The position numbers were made by a program, and so were the translations under genes. Below are positions 1-13,008 of a stretch of DNA of 64,000 nucleotides, in pieces. Position 1 is the first letter of the stretch, and each line of letters begins with the position of its first letter. Origin of the DNA: Camelus ferus (lineage: Eukaryota); assembly GCF_009834535.1 (NCBI RefSeq), contig NC_045696.1, forward strand, positions 58,096,001 through 58,160,000. Reading direction: 5' to 3'. The notes under the pieces are model-generated. The model saw only the letters and a program-made list of their open reading frames with translations, was not told where the DNA came from and did not search any database.

Positions 1-1849
1 GGGGTGGGTGGCCCATTCTGGAGTCTATTCCCACTTCCACTTCAAGAGTTGGAAGCGTCTTTAGAAATCATCTCTATCCATGAAATTCTATTCTACATCA
101 TTCTTGAAAAGAGCAAGCGTCTGGCTGATGGCTCACTACAAAATCAGTATCTGCTTTCTGGTATCTTCCAGAAGGAGGCCCGAGATTTTCTTTCTACAGA
201 CAACAGGTTTATTTTCTCTTCTGTCAATAACATCTAATCTGAAAAACTGTCATGCCTTCGCCTTTATCTTTCTCCTTTTTTAAAATACCAGACTCAGTAG
301 CATTAACTTTTCCTTCCAGTTTCTCTCTTCTCGACTACCTTTGTTAAAAGCCCTCTTAAAGCCTGGCTCCCCAGGATGAACCCCAGACAGAGCCCATGTA
401 GTACCTTGTATGTGGGTCTCAACATTCTGTGATCTGGACATTATACTATCACATAGCCTTTTTTTTTTTTAAAGCAACTGGATCATACCATAGCTAATCT
501 GGGGCTTGACTGCCTTTTTCTTATGAAGTGTTGCCTAGCTGTATCTCTTCACTCTTAACAGACTTAAGGAAAAGGCCATGGGGCCTTACATTTATCCTTC
601 TTACACTGAATCTTAACTTTCTGCCTGGAGTTTTACAATATTTAAATCAACCTATGTACATGACTCCCAAACTTTCACCTCCAGTCCTAACTTCTCTATT
701 TATGACTAAACCTGTATTTCAACTGCTAACAAGCTATCACTATCTGATTATTGAATCCTTGCAGTGGACAGGCCCTGACACTAGTATTTTGTATGTATTA
801 TCTCATTTAATCCTTATGAGATTGAAGGTAGCAATACCCATTTTACATACGTAGAAACTAAGGGACAGCACTATTAAAATACATGGAGCCATTTTTGTTT
901 GTCACAATGAACAGGACAGGGGTGCCTTGGTATTCAGTGGATGGGGGTCAGGGATACAGCTCAACACAACAAAAGAAGGTTTGGTATCTTGCACAATTTC
1001 CTTAATGCTGAAAAATCTGATCTTTGTTATCTGAGACTAGAGTTCTAGCCCTATTTCACTTATCATCAAAGGATTTTTGCATGGTTTTAACACATACTGA
1101 ATCTTCCTGAAACGTAATTACTAAATAAGTCAAGGGAAGATTGTACTTTGGGTTTTTGCAGCTTTATCAAGAGCAGTTCACCATTTTGAAAAATTAAGTC
1201 ACCAACAGCGTTGAATCTCAGGACATTTGGGTCAGCAATACATACACCAGTATCAGTCTCTGCTGGTACTGTCCTATCATGGTGACTCTACGTGTACAGA
1301 TACAAATATACTCATTTAGCCTCATTTCAGAAGGTTAAATATAAAATATTAGAAATATTCTATGGAATTTTATCTTAATTTTTGAAAATTGAACCTTTTC
1401 TGTGTAAATAGGTACAAGTATCTGATTAATTCATTATGTCTTCTAGCGTAGTCATGCTTGAATTTTTATACAATAAATCACATATTTCTGCTTAAATTTT
1501 CCTGTTAGTTTATAGCTGGGGCATTTGAATAGTTTTTAAAAATTAGGTGTGGAGGTAATTACATCACCTGCAAACTGCATTTCAAAACAGTAAAGGGGAG
1601 GCAGGATCTGACAGCAGACCACGGCTAGACCACCTCTATGGCTTTCCCAGTACAGACCACACACCTCCCTGTCTCTGTTCCTACAGTTCTCTCTGCCTGA
1701 CTGGTCTTTGTGCTGCTTCTCCCACATCCCAATTCACATTTCTCTTTCAAGACCCAATATAACTGTCACTTCTTTGAACCCGTCCAATCCCCCCATGCAA
1801 TCTGGTCATTTTCTCTTTTGGTCTCTCTTTTCCAAAGAGCTTTGATTCT

Positions 1850-2412
1850 TTGCCTGTCTGACCCATTCTTCTCACAGCAGTGAGAGTGATCATAAAATAT
1901 CAAGTCCTGTCCCCTCCTTGCTCTGCACTCAGAATCAGATCCAAAAGTCCTCTATCAGGTGCCTGCATGACCAGACCCCTCACCTCTCTGACACCTCCAA
2001 CTCTTTCCATCTCACTGGCCAGGCTTCAATCACAATGGCCTTCTTTCTTTTTTTCCAAAAAGACAAACTTTTCCCTTCCTCAAGGGCTTTGCACATGGTA
2101 TTTGCTCTGCTTAGAAAGCTTCTGACCTTCCCTTCACCTGGCTAGCTTCTCAGTGTTTAGGAATCAGCTTAAATACCACCTCAGAGGAGTCTTCCCAACT
2201 TACCCTAAGACAGTCCCTCTCCTGTTACTATTTACTTCGGCCCATTTTTGTTGACTTCCTAACACTTATGACAGCTGGCCAGTACTTGTTAGACTCCCTT
2301 GTCTGACTTCTCCACTAGATTGTGAGCCCCCTGAGGAGAGGTGACCAGGGCTGTCTGACTCTCTAGCCCTAGCAGAGTACCTGAAAAACAGGTGTTTGTG
2401 GAATGAATAAAT
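1850..2412 (+). mobile_element. L2 3' fragment
   Basis: CTCAAGGGCTTTGCACATG...CAGCTTAAATACCACCTC...CCACTAGATTGTGAGC...TGTTTGTGGAATGAATAAAT end. Confidence 0.7.
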
Positions 2413-3809
2413 AATCACCCACATTTTACAGTTATTTTCTGTCTCTTGAACACATATTCACCTTGCTAACTCCCACCACTGGCAGAGGATGGCGCACACC
2501 ACAAAGCTTGAATCTAGTTTGCACACTTATCTACCCTCAACTTTGGCACTTCATTTTTTATTGCTTTGGGAATTTCACCTCAGGAATTTTTTTCTTGGGC
2601 AAATATAGGTCTGGTGGGTATGGTCCTGGGTTCCTCAGTTATCCTAGGCCAATAATGCCCAAGTCTAAACAATTCTCCTAGCACACAGCGGCTGACAACA
2701 GCCACCTGGGACAGCCTCACAGAGAACTCAGCGAGCTCCCTCAGGGTCTGCAACATCAGAAGAGGAGCGTCCCAGACCGCAGTGTGCATCGGGGTTGGCC
2801 CTGGTTTCTGGACTAAATGGAATATCCATTCAAAATGAGGACATACTGATTTTGGAGGTCCACTTAACCACATACCTGGGTTTGACTACTTCGTTATATT
2901 TTTTAGTGTAATCACTGAGTGTTAACACAACAAAACATGCTGTTTATTATAAATTACTTCCTTTAAAATTCTCCTTTATATTATAGGTGAGGCACTTTTA
3001 ACAATTTCTAAAAATTACGTAAGTAGGTAATTATGTCATCTACACACTGTATGTCAGAATGCAGGGAATGTAGCTCAGAGAGAGCTGAGAACCACTGCCA
3101 TGCCACATCTACTTGAATCAGGAAATACTGGTTTGATAATTGTGATATGCTAACAAAGGAGGGAGACTCAAAAAGTACAAGACATAAACATCTCTATTAT
3201 TAAGAACTTTACAATCTAGTTGAAGACATCAACCTGAAATAACAGCATAAATAAATAAATCAACCCCCCAAATGCCAGAAGACAATTTCTATCATGATCA
3301 CACAAATGTACAATAAATTAAGAGGTCAAAAGTGGTAGCATTTGGCTTTTGTCCTTCTCTTGATCCTTCAACAAGGAATGATGCATCAGTACTTAATAGG
3401 AGATCTGAGCTTTGTTTTTTCCCTTCCTCTGCTTCAATGAGAAGTACAGCAGATTGCCAATCTATCAACCAGGAAATAAAATGACTGTCCATCATCCTGC
3501 CCCAGGCATCTGTCCATAGGGCTTCCCCTTGAAATTGCCAGACCTATGGCTGCCTAAGAACTGCTCTTCTCTCTAAGGTCAAAAGCCTCCCTCCCCTGCT
3601 GGCAAGGGCATTCTTAGCCATGCACTAAGGATGGTGGTACAGACTCATCCTTGGAACCTTCCCTTTAATGCTACAGTTCTCTCCAGCCCCTATACTTGCT
3701 GCATGCAGAGATCCTGGAATAGCTGTACTTTCCTTTTAAATTGTAAAACTGCTTCAATTTTTCATATCTTTTCATGTGCAGGGTGTGGCAGAAACTGCTT
3801 ATCTTTCTT

Positions 3810-4262
3810 AATATCTCATTCTTAATTTTACTCAAGGAGATAGTGTGCCCAGCGAGGAGAGAAGACCATTTTCCAGCCTCTCATGCAGTTAAGTGGGGCT
3901 ATGAGACTAAATTCTAACCATTAAGCAGAAGTTGTTGAGTGGGACTTCTGGGGAGAATTCCTTAAAAGAGAGGCAGAGAGCTGGGAGTCCACTTTTGTCC
4001 TTCCTTCCCCCTTTCTGAAATAAATGTGATGGCTCTCCTGGAACACAAGATGGCTTTGAAGATGGAAGCCATATGCTAAAGACAGAACAGAAAGACAGGT
4101 AGAAGCTGGGTTCTTTGGTGTGACAAAGCCTCCATTCCAGCCCTGGCTAGCGTACCTCCAAACTTGCCTGATGTCAGGAAAAAAGTCACCATTATGTGTC
4201 TAGTTAGGCAACTTCTATTCTGGAATTTGTTATAAGCAACTAAGCCTGACCCAAACTGATCT
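3810..4262 (+). mobile_element. MaLR LTR (old MLT1-type)
   Basis: TTTTCCAGCCTCTC.TGCAGTTAAGTGGGGC.ATG.GACT...GAAGATGGAAGCCA...TTTGTTAT motifs. Confidence 0.6.
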
Positions 4263-5341
4263 AGGAGGGTAATCCATGGAATCCTGTCTCTTCCCAATAA
4301 TCTTATTCTGTTAGAGCACTTATCTCAGGTTTGCAGCTAAGCTGGTCCTAAACCCTACACCAGGGAAACGTATTCCCAAAGAAATATGCCGTAAGACACT
4401 TTGGGGTAGCAGTAGGGAGAGTTCCATGGTATAATTCTTTGAGTATATTATAAATTTAGTAGGCTTCTCCAGACTGGCCTGGACAACTAACCACCAAGAT
4501 CTGCAGTTTCTCCAGGAAAAAAAAATGGTCTGAGTCCAAGCAACTAATATACAGATAAAATGTATAGAACACAAGCAATGAAAGTGATAAAAGACAGCAG
4601 AAGAGTAACAGAGCCAAAAGGTCTGGATAATCAACACTTTAATTAAAGAATAAGGCCATGGTTATTATTGAAGTGTTAATAGAGGGCTGCAATATTCTGA
4701 TTTAGTAGTCCATTAGATACTCTAGTGGCTGGGGTAATTCTAGAAGAAACTAGTATCACATCTTACCCTAGTACTCAAAGGAATGAACCAGGAATTCAGT
4801 CCTGCTTTTTCATCCTCCTCTGCATCCAACCCTAACCATTTCCTATCAGCCCTGATTCCTAGCCTCTTCCCCAACAGATTCTGTGAAGTTTATTTGCAGT
4901 TTAAAGAAATCTAAGAAAAATGGGATGGAAACAACACATTGCAGTGTTTCAAGATAAAATGAAATATGGCACAGCTTCTGTAAAGAATGAGTATTATAAG
5001 CAAAATTCATCAGGTACTCATAGTTGAAAACTGGCTGGCCAATGAAAATGAACTTGGTTTATAACACAAAACTAGGACGGGCACTTTATTTTCCTCTTTC
5101 CCTTGGATGGCCCTGCCTTGTCATGGTGTCCTGAACATAATATACAACTTATAAATAACAATGGTTTTATTGCTTTTGTACACAGAGTGATCACATTTCC
5201 CAAATAAAAAACCAGGACACAAAGGATGACAAAGCACTTTGTGCCACTTGTGAAGATAAGAGTTAGTTCGGGAGATACGGCTTAAATGCCAACATAAAGA
5301 AATATTTAGAAATGATTATTTTTTTCTACTGTCGAGCTTCC

Positions 5342-5560
5342 TTTTAAAATTAACTTTATTGAGGTAAAATTTATATACAATAAAATGCATCCATTTTAGA
5401 TTACAGTTCAACAAGACAAATGTATATACTGTTGTAATCACCACCATGATCAAGATATAGAATACTTCTCTACTACCCGCAAAAGTCCCTCTTATTCCTG
5501 TGCAGTCAGCCTGCCTCTACCCTCAGCCCCAAGAAACCACTGATCTACCTTCTGTTATCC
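5342..5560 (-). mobile_element. Old L1M 3' end fragment
   Basis: AACTTTATTGAGGTAAAATTTATATACAATAAAATGC...ACCACTGATCTAC motif. Confidence 0.7.
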
Positions 5561-6207
5561 CAATATTTTGAAAATAGAATCCTTTAGGTACACATAACAG
5601 CAATGAGAATCAGTGTTTTTAATTGCTTAATTAAAAATATCTCCAACATTTTAAATAAAAGAATCTAAAAATCTGGCTGTAATTTAAAAACTTCAAGAAA
5701 ATGTATATGCTACAATGTTCTTGATTATCCATAATATTCTAAAACTTTTACAATCATTTAAATGATAACATAATGTCAGAAGAAGTACTAAACTCTAAGA
5801 GCACATTTTATATTCTTCTATCTTAAAGCTTGGTTCTACATTCAACTTTACAGTCCCATGGAAGCCAAGTGTTTTATTCATGCTGGCATCCCGGGACCTA
5901 ACACAGCGCAATAAATGGTCAAAAATTGCTGAGTTACTGATCTAGGTAACTAGATCTAATTTTATGCCGAACTTGAGTAGCTCCTAAACCTGTTCCAATT
6001 AACAAGTTAAATAATGGTTGCAGAATTAAGCACTGTTTTAACAGTCCTATGCAAGTAACTCAATCTTCCACAATTTAACAGTTTTAACAACTAAAGAAAA
6101 ATTGGTAAAATGTTAATAATATAGAATAGTGGCTTAAGTCCACCGTGTAAACCAATTACCAAAAAAATAATTCATTCTTCAATTGTTTAGTTCTAAAAGA
6201 TGATGTA

Positions 6208-6289
6208 TTTTGAGTTGGAGTGTTCTTAGGGGCCAGATTCAGTATGAGTTAGGGTAAGCTCTAGGCTCTGAGAACACCCCAATTCAAAA
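6208..6289. repeat. Imperfect inverted repeat, arms of 27 and 26 bp, 29-nt spacer
   Basis: TTTTGAGTTGGAGTGTTCTTAGGGGCC (6208-6234) vs GGCTCTGAGAACACCCCAATTCAAAA (6264-6289). Confidence 0.85.
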
Positions 6290-6984
6290 CTATTTGTTTT
6301 TTCACCCAGGCATGCTGTTTGGGTGACTTGTGGTCATGGTTAATTTGAGTCTATGTGTCATATTAAAAGCTGTCTCATTCTATTTATTCTCCATGTCTAG
6401 ATCACAAATATAGGAAAACTGCATAGACATAATTCTGTAATGAACTTACAGCTGAATGAAGAAAAAAAAACAGAAATAGAACTTTAAAACAATATAACTA
6501 CCATGTAAAACTTAAAAAGGATAAATACATCAATTTAAATCTCAAACAGCTGATTAAATGAACATTATAAATTAGCAAGTATTTAAGGTTCTTTTTCCCT
6601 TGGGGAAATTAACTTAGATAACATAAACAGAAAAGAGGTAGTTAACTCTAACCCCAGATAGGCTTGGATAAATACCCAAGTTCTTACAGTTCATTCTGCC
6701 TCATCAGAAAGTATCACTGGCCATCAAACCCCCTTAAACATTACTAAACCACCCGGCTCAATTTCAACATACTCTCATAACTATGCTATAGAGCCCAAGA
6801 CAGGCTGGAACTCAACTTGCATGTGCTGCATTTTGGAGTTCTGTGTCCTGGTGACTTAACAAGCCTGCCGACTCTCAGTAGTCAATCTGAATCACAACAG
6901 AAAATAGCATCTACCTGGAAAATGTTCTGGGGCAAATCCCTTCTGCTATATGTTGATTCTTAATAGCCTCAATTACAGTGATAC

Positions 6985-7421
6985 TGTAATGGAAAAGAAC
7001 AAATCTGACTCTATCTGTATTAGATCTGTTCCTTTAGCTTTAACCACTGTGCCTTGTTTTCTAGGCTTATGTCCTGCTAGCTCTGCACTCATGTAAAGAT
7101 AACAAGTTGCAGAATAGAGAATAACATTTGTTTTGTTGGAGGTTTTGTAGCAGCACCATGAGCTGGCCCACCTGGACAGCTACAGGAACAAAGAATTCCT
7201 ACACCAAGAAGTTTGCAACAACCAACCACACCCCCTCCCCTTTTTTGTATAAAAGGAGCCTGTATTCTGATTGGGGGAAGACAGTTCACTAAGACATTAG
7301 TCTGCCATCCTCTCGGTCTGCCAGCTTTCTGAATAAAGTCACTATTCCTTGCCCCAACACCTCATCTTCCGATTTACTGGCCTGCTATGCGGTGAGCAGA
7401 ACAAGCCTGCACTCGATAATA
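6985..7421 (+). mobile_element. Solo ERV LTR (ERV1-type), family unassigned
   Basis: Starts TGTAAT, ends ATAATA (probably a mutated CA end). 4-bp TSD ATAC (6981-6984, 7422-7425), TATAAAA 7248-7254, AATAAA 7332-7337. Confidence 0.8.
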
Positions 7422-7816
7422 ATACTGATGTTTATAAAAGGTAGCACCTGTGATTCTTACCAAACGAGTCAGAGATCAAGAAATTGTATGGTACTGGCAC
7501 AAATTGCAAGGTAGAGAATGAAATGTCCCAAATATATGCTTTACTCAGATCAGTCAACAATATGATGTATAGCCAAAAAAATGATGAGACTATCTTGTTT
7601 GCCATCCATGAAAGTCAGTTAAGTGTCAAAATCATAATTTTTGGCCGCCTTTACAGCTAGATATTTCCCAATCATACCAATATATTTACCAGTGTATTTG
7701 TCAGTATATATACATATTATATATTTATCCACTGAATGAATTAAATTTGTGGAAGAAAAGAGTTGGTAGATAGAAGTATTTTTAAAAAATTTTTTGGTAG
7801 ATAGAAATTTTAAGTA

Positions 7817-7933
7817 GGGGGAGGGTATAGCTCAGTGGCAGGGTGCATGCCTAGCATGCACGAGGTCCTCGGTTTCAATCCCCAGCACTGCCATCAAAAA
7901 AATAAATAAGTAAACTTTATTAAAAAAAAAAAA
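7817..7933 (+). mobile_element. tRNA-Ala-derived SINE (camelid vic-1-like)
   Basis: GGGGGAGGGTATAGCTCAGTGG (A box)...GGTTTCAATCCCC (B box), A-rich tail, TSD AGAAATTTT(T)AAGTA at 7803-7816 and 7934-7948. Confidence 0.88.
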
Positions 7934-8723
7934 AGAAATTTTTAAGTAAAAACTTAGAAAACTAGTAGAAGGCTGAAGAAAGCTAAGAATTTATCAAGAC
8001 TGACAAATGCTACGACTGATCAACTAGAAGCCACAGAAACTCTGACAAAGGTGAAGTTGGGGTTTAAGTTAAAACACTGTCTGAAGGGCCCTAAAGACCA
8101 AAGAAATAGCAAAACAAGAAGTCGTAAGACTAGGGGAAAAATACACTTATGCAATCATTCAAATACTCGTTATGTGTTCAGCACTATGTTAGCAGTTTGG
8201 GGGAACAAAAATTATAAAACACAGTCTCTGTTCCCAAAGAGCTCACAATGTTGTCAGAGAAACAAAACACTAGCATTCTACATCGTGCATCATCTAAATA
8301 ACGATCCAAATGAAACACACAGGAATGAAGGCAAGTGATGGATGGATATGTGCACCAGTGGCTGTGAAGGCTTCACGGCCAAGCACGGGCCTGAGCTGGG
8401 CCCCAAGAAGCAGAATCTTAACAGGCAGACGCTGAGAAGAGCACGAGCACAGCCGGAGCACAAGAAAGCGCGGCGGCCCAGCGCTCCACGAGGGGAGGAG
8501 ACCGCGACTCACATGGAGGAGACCGGCTGTCAGTCATGCTGGGGTGAGTTTTAACTGCTATTCTTATACGATTTAGTCATGAAATGCTTGTGAATACAAG
8601 CAACATATTTCAACATTTAACCTGGGGCGTGACTTGAAATGTATTTTCATGAAAAAAGCTGTTTTAGAATTAGAGGAGTCAGAACTAGAGGAATAGAGAG
8701 TAATTTCAGTGGTGATGATGTAG

Positions 8724-10545
8724 ACAGGAGGCTCTCAAAGTGGTCCATAGACCCTGTGGGGGGTCCCTGAGACCCTTTCAGAGGATCTGTGAGGTTGAAA
8801 TTATTTTCATAATACTACTAAGATGTTATTTTCCTATTTCACTGTGTTGTCACTGCGTTGTCACTGTGCTGACATTTGCATTGATAGCACAAAACAACAG
8901 TGAGTAAAACTGTTGGTGTCAAGCTGTGGAACCAAAGCACATTAGTAGCACTGCATTCTTCAAAAAAAAAAAAACAAACCCAAAACAACTTTATTGAGGT
9001 ATAACTGATGTACAATAAACACCATATATTTAAAGTGTACAATTTGATGAATTTTTACATATGTACACATCTGAGAACCCATCACTATGATCAAGATGAC
9101 AAACATTTTGATCATGTCCAAAAGTTTCCCCATGACCCTTTGTAACCTCCCTCTACCCTCCTCATTCTCAGACAACCACCAATCTATTTTCTGTCACTAC
9201 AAATTTGTTTGCAAGTTCTACAATTTTATGTAAGTGTAATCAAATAGCAAGTACTCCTTTTTCAGGCTAACACTAACCAAAGACAAACTAAACTAAGTGA
9301 ACTTCAGACAAAGTAGACACCAGAACAAGGAAGAATTCAGGAAAGAAGGGATCATCTCATCTTGATAAAATGTCAATCCATTAGGAGGACATGATGATCC
9401 TAAATGTACATGAACCCAAACTGTTACTAGTTTCAAAATACACAAAACAAAAACTGGCCAACCTAAAGTGCAAAAGAATCAAACATACAATTATAGTTGA
9501 GAAATTTCAATACCTATCTCTATATAATGGATAGAACAAGTGTACAGAAAATCAGTAGGATACAGGAGACGAACAATCAGCTTGACTTAAGTGACATAAA
9601 ATACAGCAGCAACAGAATACACATTATTTTCAAAGGTACCTGAGAGATTTATCAAGCTTGACTATATTCCGGGCCATAAAACAATAAATTTAAAAGGACA
9701 AAAATCATACAAAGTATGTTCTTCAACCACAAGAGAATTAAATTAGAAATCAGTAACAGAAAGATAGCTGGAAAATCCCCCAGTATTTACAAACTAAACA
9801 TTACACTTGTAAATAATCCATAAGTCAAAGAACAAATCACAAGGGAAATTAGAAAATATTCTGAACAGAATAAAAATAATCTTGGAAATTTGTATCTTGA
9901 AACATATGAGCTTGAAAGCTTCCTAAAACTTAAAAGACCTTGCTGATGAGAATGATAATGATACTAACAATTGTCACTTTTTAAAAAAATGAAGTATACA
10001 AAAATGTGTCAACATTTGGAAGATTTATGTAACTTAGTAAACCAATATTTTTCCAAATGGCCAATGAAAGTCATTCCAAAAGGTCCATTCCATGCAAAAT
10101 GAACCAATGAGTTGTATCATAAGAGTATGAAGAGTTTATTGATTATAGGTTCAGATTCTATACTGCAACAAACAAATCTTTAAGAGACTATTTGTTGGTG
10201 GTAGAAACTACTTAAATTTGGTAGAGTATAAAAAAAAATCCAGTTACTTAAAAAGGTTGCCAAATGCTCCTCTGTTTTTCAGCTAGCTGCACATTGTGTG
10301 AAGCAAGATGTTCTTCATATACTTCAAACCAACAAATTGCAACAGATTGAAGCAGATAGAAGAAACCAGCTGTCTTCTATTAAGCCAGACATTGAAGAGA
10401 TAAGAATGTAAAACAATGTTACTACTCTCACAACATTGAAAAAAATTTTGAATATAATTATTTTCCAAAAAGTCATTTATGTTCACAATGAGTTTCTTTT
10501 ATTTTTAATATATTAAATATTTAAAAATTTTACCAGTTTTCATGT
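8724..10545 (+). mobile_element. hAT-Charlie (Charlie1-like) DNA transposon remnant, interrupted by L1 pieces
   Basis: Charlie-like start CAG..G.TCTCAAAGTGGTCC...GGGGTCCCTGAGACCCTTTCAG; degraded transposase-like sequence at about 9890-10545. Confidence 0.65.
8985..9880. mobile_element. L1 fragments: antisense 3'UTR (about 8985-9262) abutting sense ORF2 endonuclease region (about 9270-9880)
   Basis: CTTTATTGAGGTATAACTG... is a typical antisense L1M 3' end; the following A-rich sequence resembles the 5' part of ORF2. Confidence 0.7.
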
Positions 10546-11064
10546 TTAACTGCCCACCATTTTATGACAGATGGAAGAAAGCTTGAAACAATAAGTAGTA
10601 AGACAGCGACTGAATGAATTATAGTGGTAAAAATAAAACAACTTAGGTACCTTGATGTAAGAAGACGTGGTGCTCAGACAATTTTGAGATAAAAAATGAT
10701 ATAATCTTAATGAACTTGGTTGTTCATAACAGCTGTGTCTGTTCTAATCCAGAGAATTAACCACCATGATGTGAACTGACAGAAAACTCATTCAACAAAA
10801 AATATCAGATTTTAGAAGGGCTCAATTAGAATTCCTGCACATTACCAAAAGGCTGCCTTTTATATCCACACTTAATGAATAGGACACATGTCTGCACAGT
10901 GCTGTCATCCCTGGGCTGAGACAGAACAACTGATGGGGTTGGGTTAGAGATTCATCCAAGGCAGAGTGAGCAGATTCAGCACAGATGGAAGTCCTTCATC
11001 CTAGCTGTGGGGTCCTCACAGAGCAGAATGTATCCAGACCCTCTGCAGGCACACAGCTTAGCAC

Positions 11065-11265
11065 TGTTAAAGCTTAGGGGGCAGACTGCTTAGGTTACTC
11101 TTTTCTTAGTTGTATAATTTCAGAAAAGGTTTACTTAACCTCTTTGTGCCTCATTTTTCTTAAAATAGGGATAATCATTAAGTCATAGGGCTATTGCGAG
11201 GATTATAAAGGTAAAGCACTTAGAAAAGCACCATGTATAAGTAGTTGATAAATATTACTATTCAC
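11065..11265 (+). mobile_element. MIR SINE
   Basis: TTACTTAACCTCTTTGTGCCTCATTTT...AAAATAGGGATAAT...CATAGGG.TATTG.GAGGATT core. Confidence 0.7.
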
Positions 11266-11429
11266 AATGTTTCACCTAAAACATGGAGTAAAAAAGCACT
11301 AGTCTAATCTACAGGGTGGGTTGGGGTATGAGAAATATAATAAAATACTCTATGAGTAAACTGTGATATCTAAAAGGTTCAGGGTTAAAGATCCATAAAG
11401 TAATCACAATTAAGATTATTTAAAAATTC

Positions 11430-11463
11430 CCTCAAAATTATCATTTCCTCAAAATTATCATTT
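11430..11463 (+). repeat. Perfect 17-bp tandem duplication (CCTCAAAATTATCATTT)x2
   Basis: Read directly. Confidence 0.9.
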
Positions 11464-11660
11464 AAAGATAAATAAACAGTAGATTTGGTATAGGCTTTGG
11501 ATTCAAAAAGCATCTACTGCATATTTTCAGAACCAGAGCATTTCTTTCATGGTTGTGAGGGAAAAAAATATCTTCAAGTAACAATTATGAGACAAGTGAT
11601 GTTTTTCCTCTTTTAACAAAAAGAAAAATTTAAGTAAACATTAAAAATATTTTAATAAAG

Positions 11661-11749
11661 GGGGGTAGGTATAGCTTAATGGTATAATGCATGCTTAGCA
11701 CGCACCAGATCCTGGGTTCAACCCCAGTACCTCCATTAAACAAAAAAAA
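11661..11749 (+). mobile_element. tRNA-Ala-derived SINE, same family
   Basis: GGTATAGCTTAATGG...GGGTTCAACCCCAGTACCTCCA plus A tail; TTAATAAAG on both flanks. Confidence 0.85.
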
Positions 11750-12680
11750 TTAATAAAGTAAAGTCACAAAGTATGGACAGCTGTTATTATGAAAACTCTG
11801 AAAATACCAGCATCTAAACCTTGACTCAAAGTGAAAAAGAAAAATAGAAGCTGAACAGAAAATGAATCAAGAGTCCAATGACTATCAGCCTGTGTGAGAG
11901 CCAAGTCCATAGTGAGGTGCCCAGCGGGAGAGGAGTTGGGGGATCGGCCTGCTGTAATGGCAAAGTGCTTTTCTCCACAGAGGGTCAGAGGCAGGATGAA
12001 TGACCCTGCAGCCCTGACCTGATTGTGGGCAAGGCAGAGCCATTCAAACGGCTTCCTGGGACTACTTCCATTCCCGGCCCATGCCTAAGACACATGGAAA
12101 CCAGAGCAGGGAGTTTGCAAAATCACCCCACAAAATGAAGTGGCAGTTTGAGGTAGGAAACACTTTGAAAAGAGGATATGGTAGCCTGCAAACTGCTGTC
12201 AGTTACGTTAAGACACTGGCAAAGAACTTCCGTGTTCCGCAAGCAGCCCCCTACTCCCGCAGGACTGCTACAGTCAAATACTGGGAGCCCAGCACTCTCT
12301 GTTCCGGGGGCATAAACCTGTACTGAACCCCCCAGAGCAGGGAGAGGCGGCAGGAGCAGCCGGGAAGGCTTCTAGGAGTCTAGGAACTTTTTCATGAAGT
12401 CAGCTTTGTACCTCCGTCTGCCTCATGGACAGAAAAAGAGCTCAGATTTAGGTCAGGAGAAAATGAAGCTGTACACACAACCTATGTGTCTGATATACTC
12501 CAGATCAGCTCAGGCGCTGTTGAAAGGCAAAGGAGAGAGTGTGTAGGAAGTTTGGTGAGTAGGGAAATAATGAGAAGGCTGCTTATCCTTGTGAGCTGAA
12601 CATTACACTTTCTAGGAGTAAACCTTTGGGCTTGAGTGGAAAGGATACTCAAGACTCAGGGTGACTACAGTTTTTCTTCC

Positions 12681-12712
<32 letters not shown>

Positions 12713-12826
12713 GTGACTACTTCTAAGAGGAAAAGAGTGAGGAAAAAGGTACTAGGGAGATTCTAATTTGTGATCTTTTCTTAAGAACAAGTTATTACCA
12801 TGATTAAAAGGAATGTATTGACTTAC

Positions 12827-13008
12827 CTGGAAAACATCTGTCTTGTCTTCAAATAGATTGACAAAATACTTATAGTCAGCATAAGCCCAGAATTTGGAAT
12901 GATCATAGTCTCTAAATGGTCCAGAAATACTAGACTGGTCACAGTTCCAGGTCAGAAACTCTTCAAGTGTTGCTTCTACATAACTACATGTGGTTTCAAA
13001 CTGAGGAA
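12827..13008 (-). CDS. HSPBAP1: HSPBAP1 coding exon 3 (182 nt; VPQFETTCSYVEATLEEFLTWNCDQSSISGPFRDYDHSKFWAYADYKYFVNLFEDKTDVFQ)
   Basis: Within ORF 12752..13066. Acceptor TTACATTGCAG|, donor CAG|GTAAGT. Cumulative CDS 64+186+182=432 nt (phase 0). Later exons were not found and presumably lie left of the window. Confidence 0.95.

Noticed and set aside
11860..12430. Moderately GC-rich unique segment with an 81-aa ORF, possible retrocopy
   Set aside because: No recognisable protein similarity, poly(A) tail or TSD.
1..12800. Expected HSPBAP1 exon 4 (start of the JmjC core)
   Set aside because: No matching coding segment found by eye on the minus strand. It most likely lies left of the window; not taken as evidence of exon loss.
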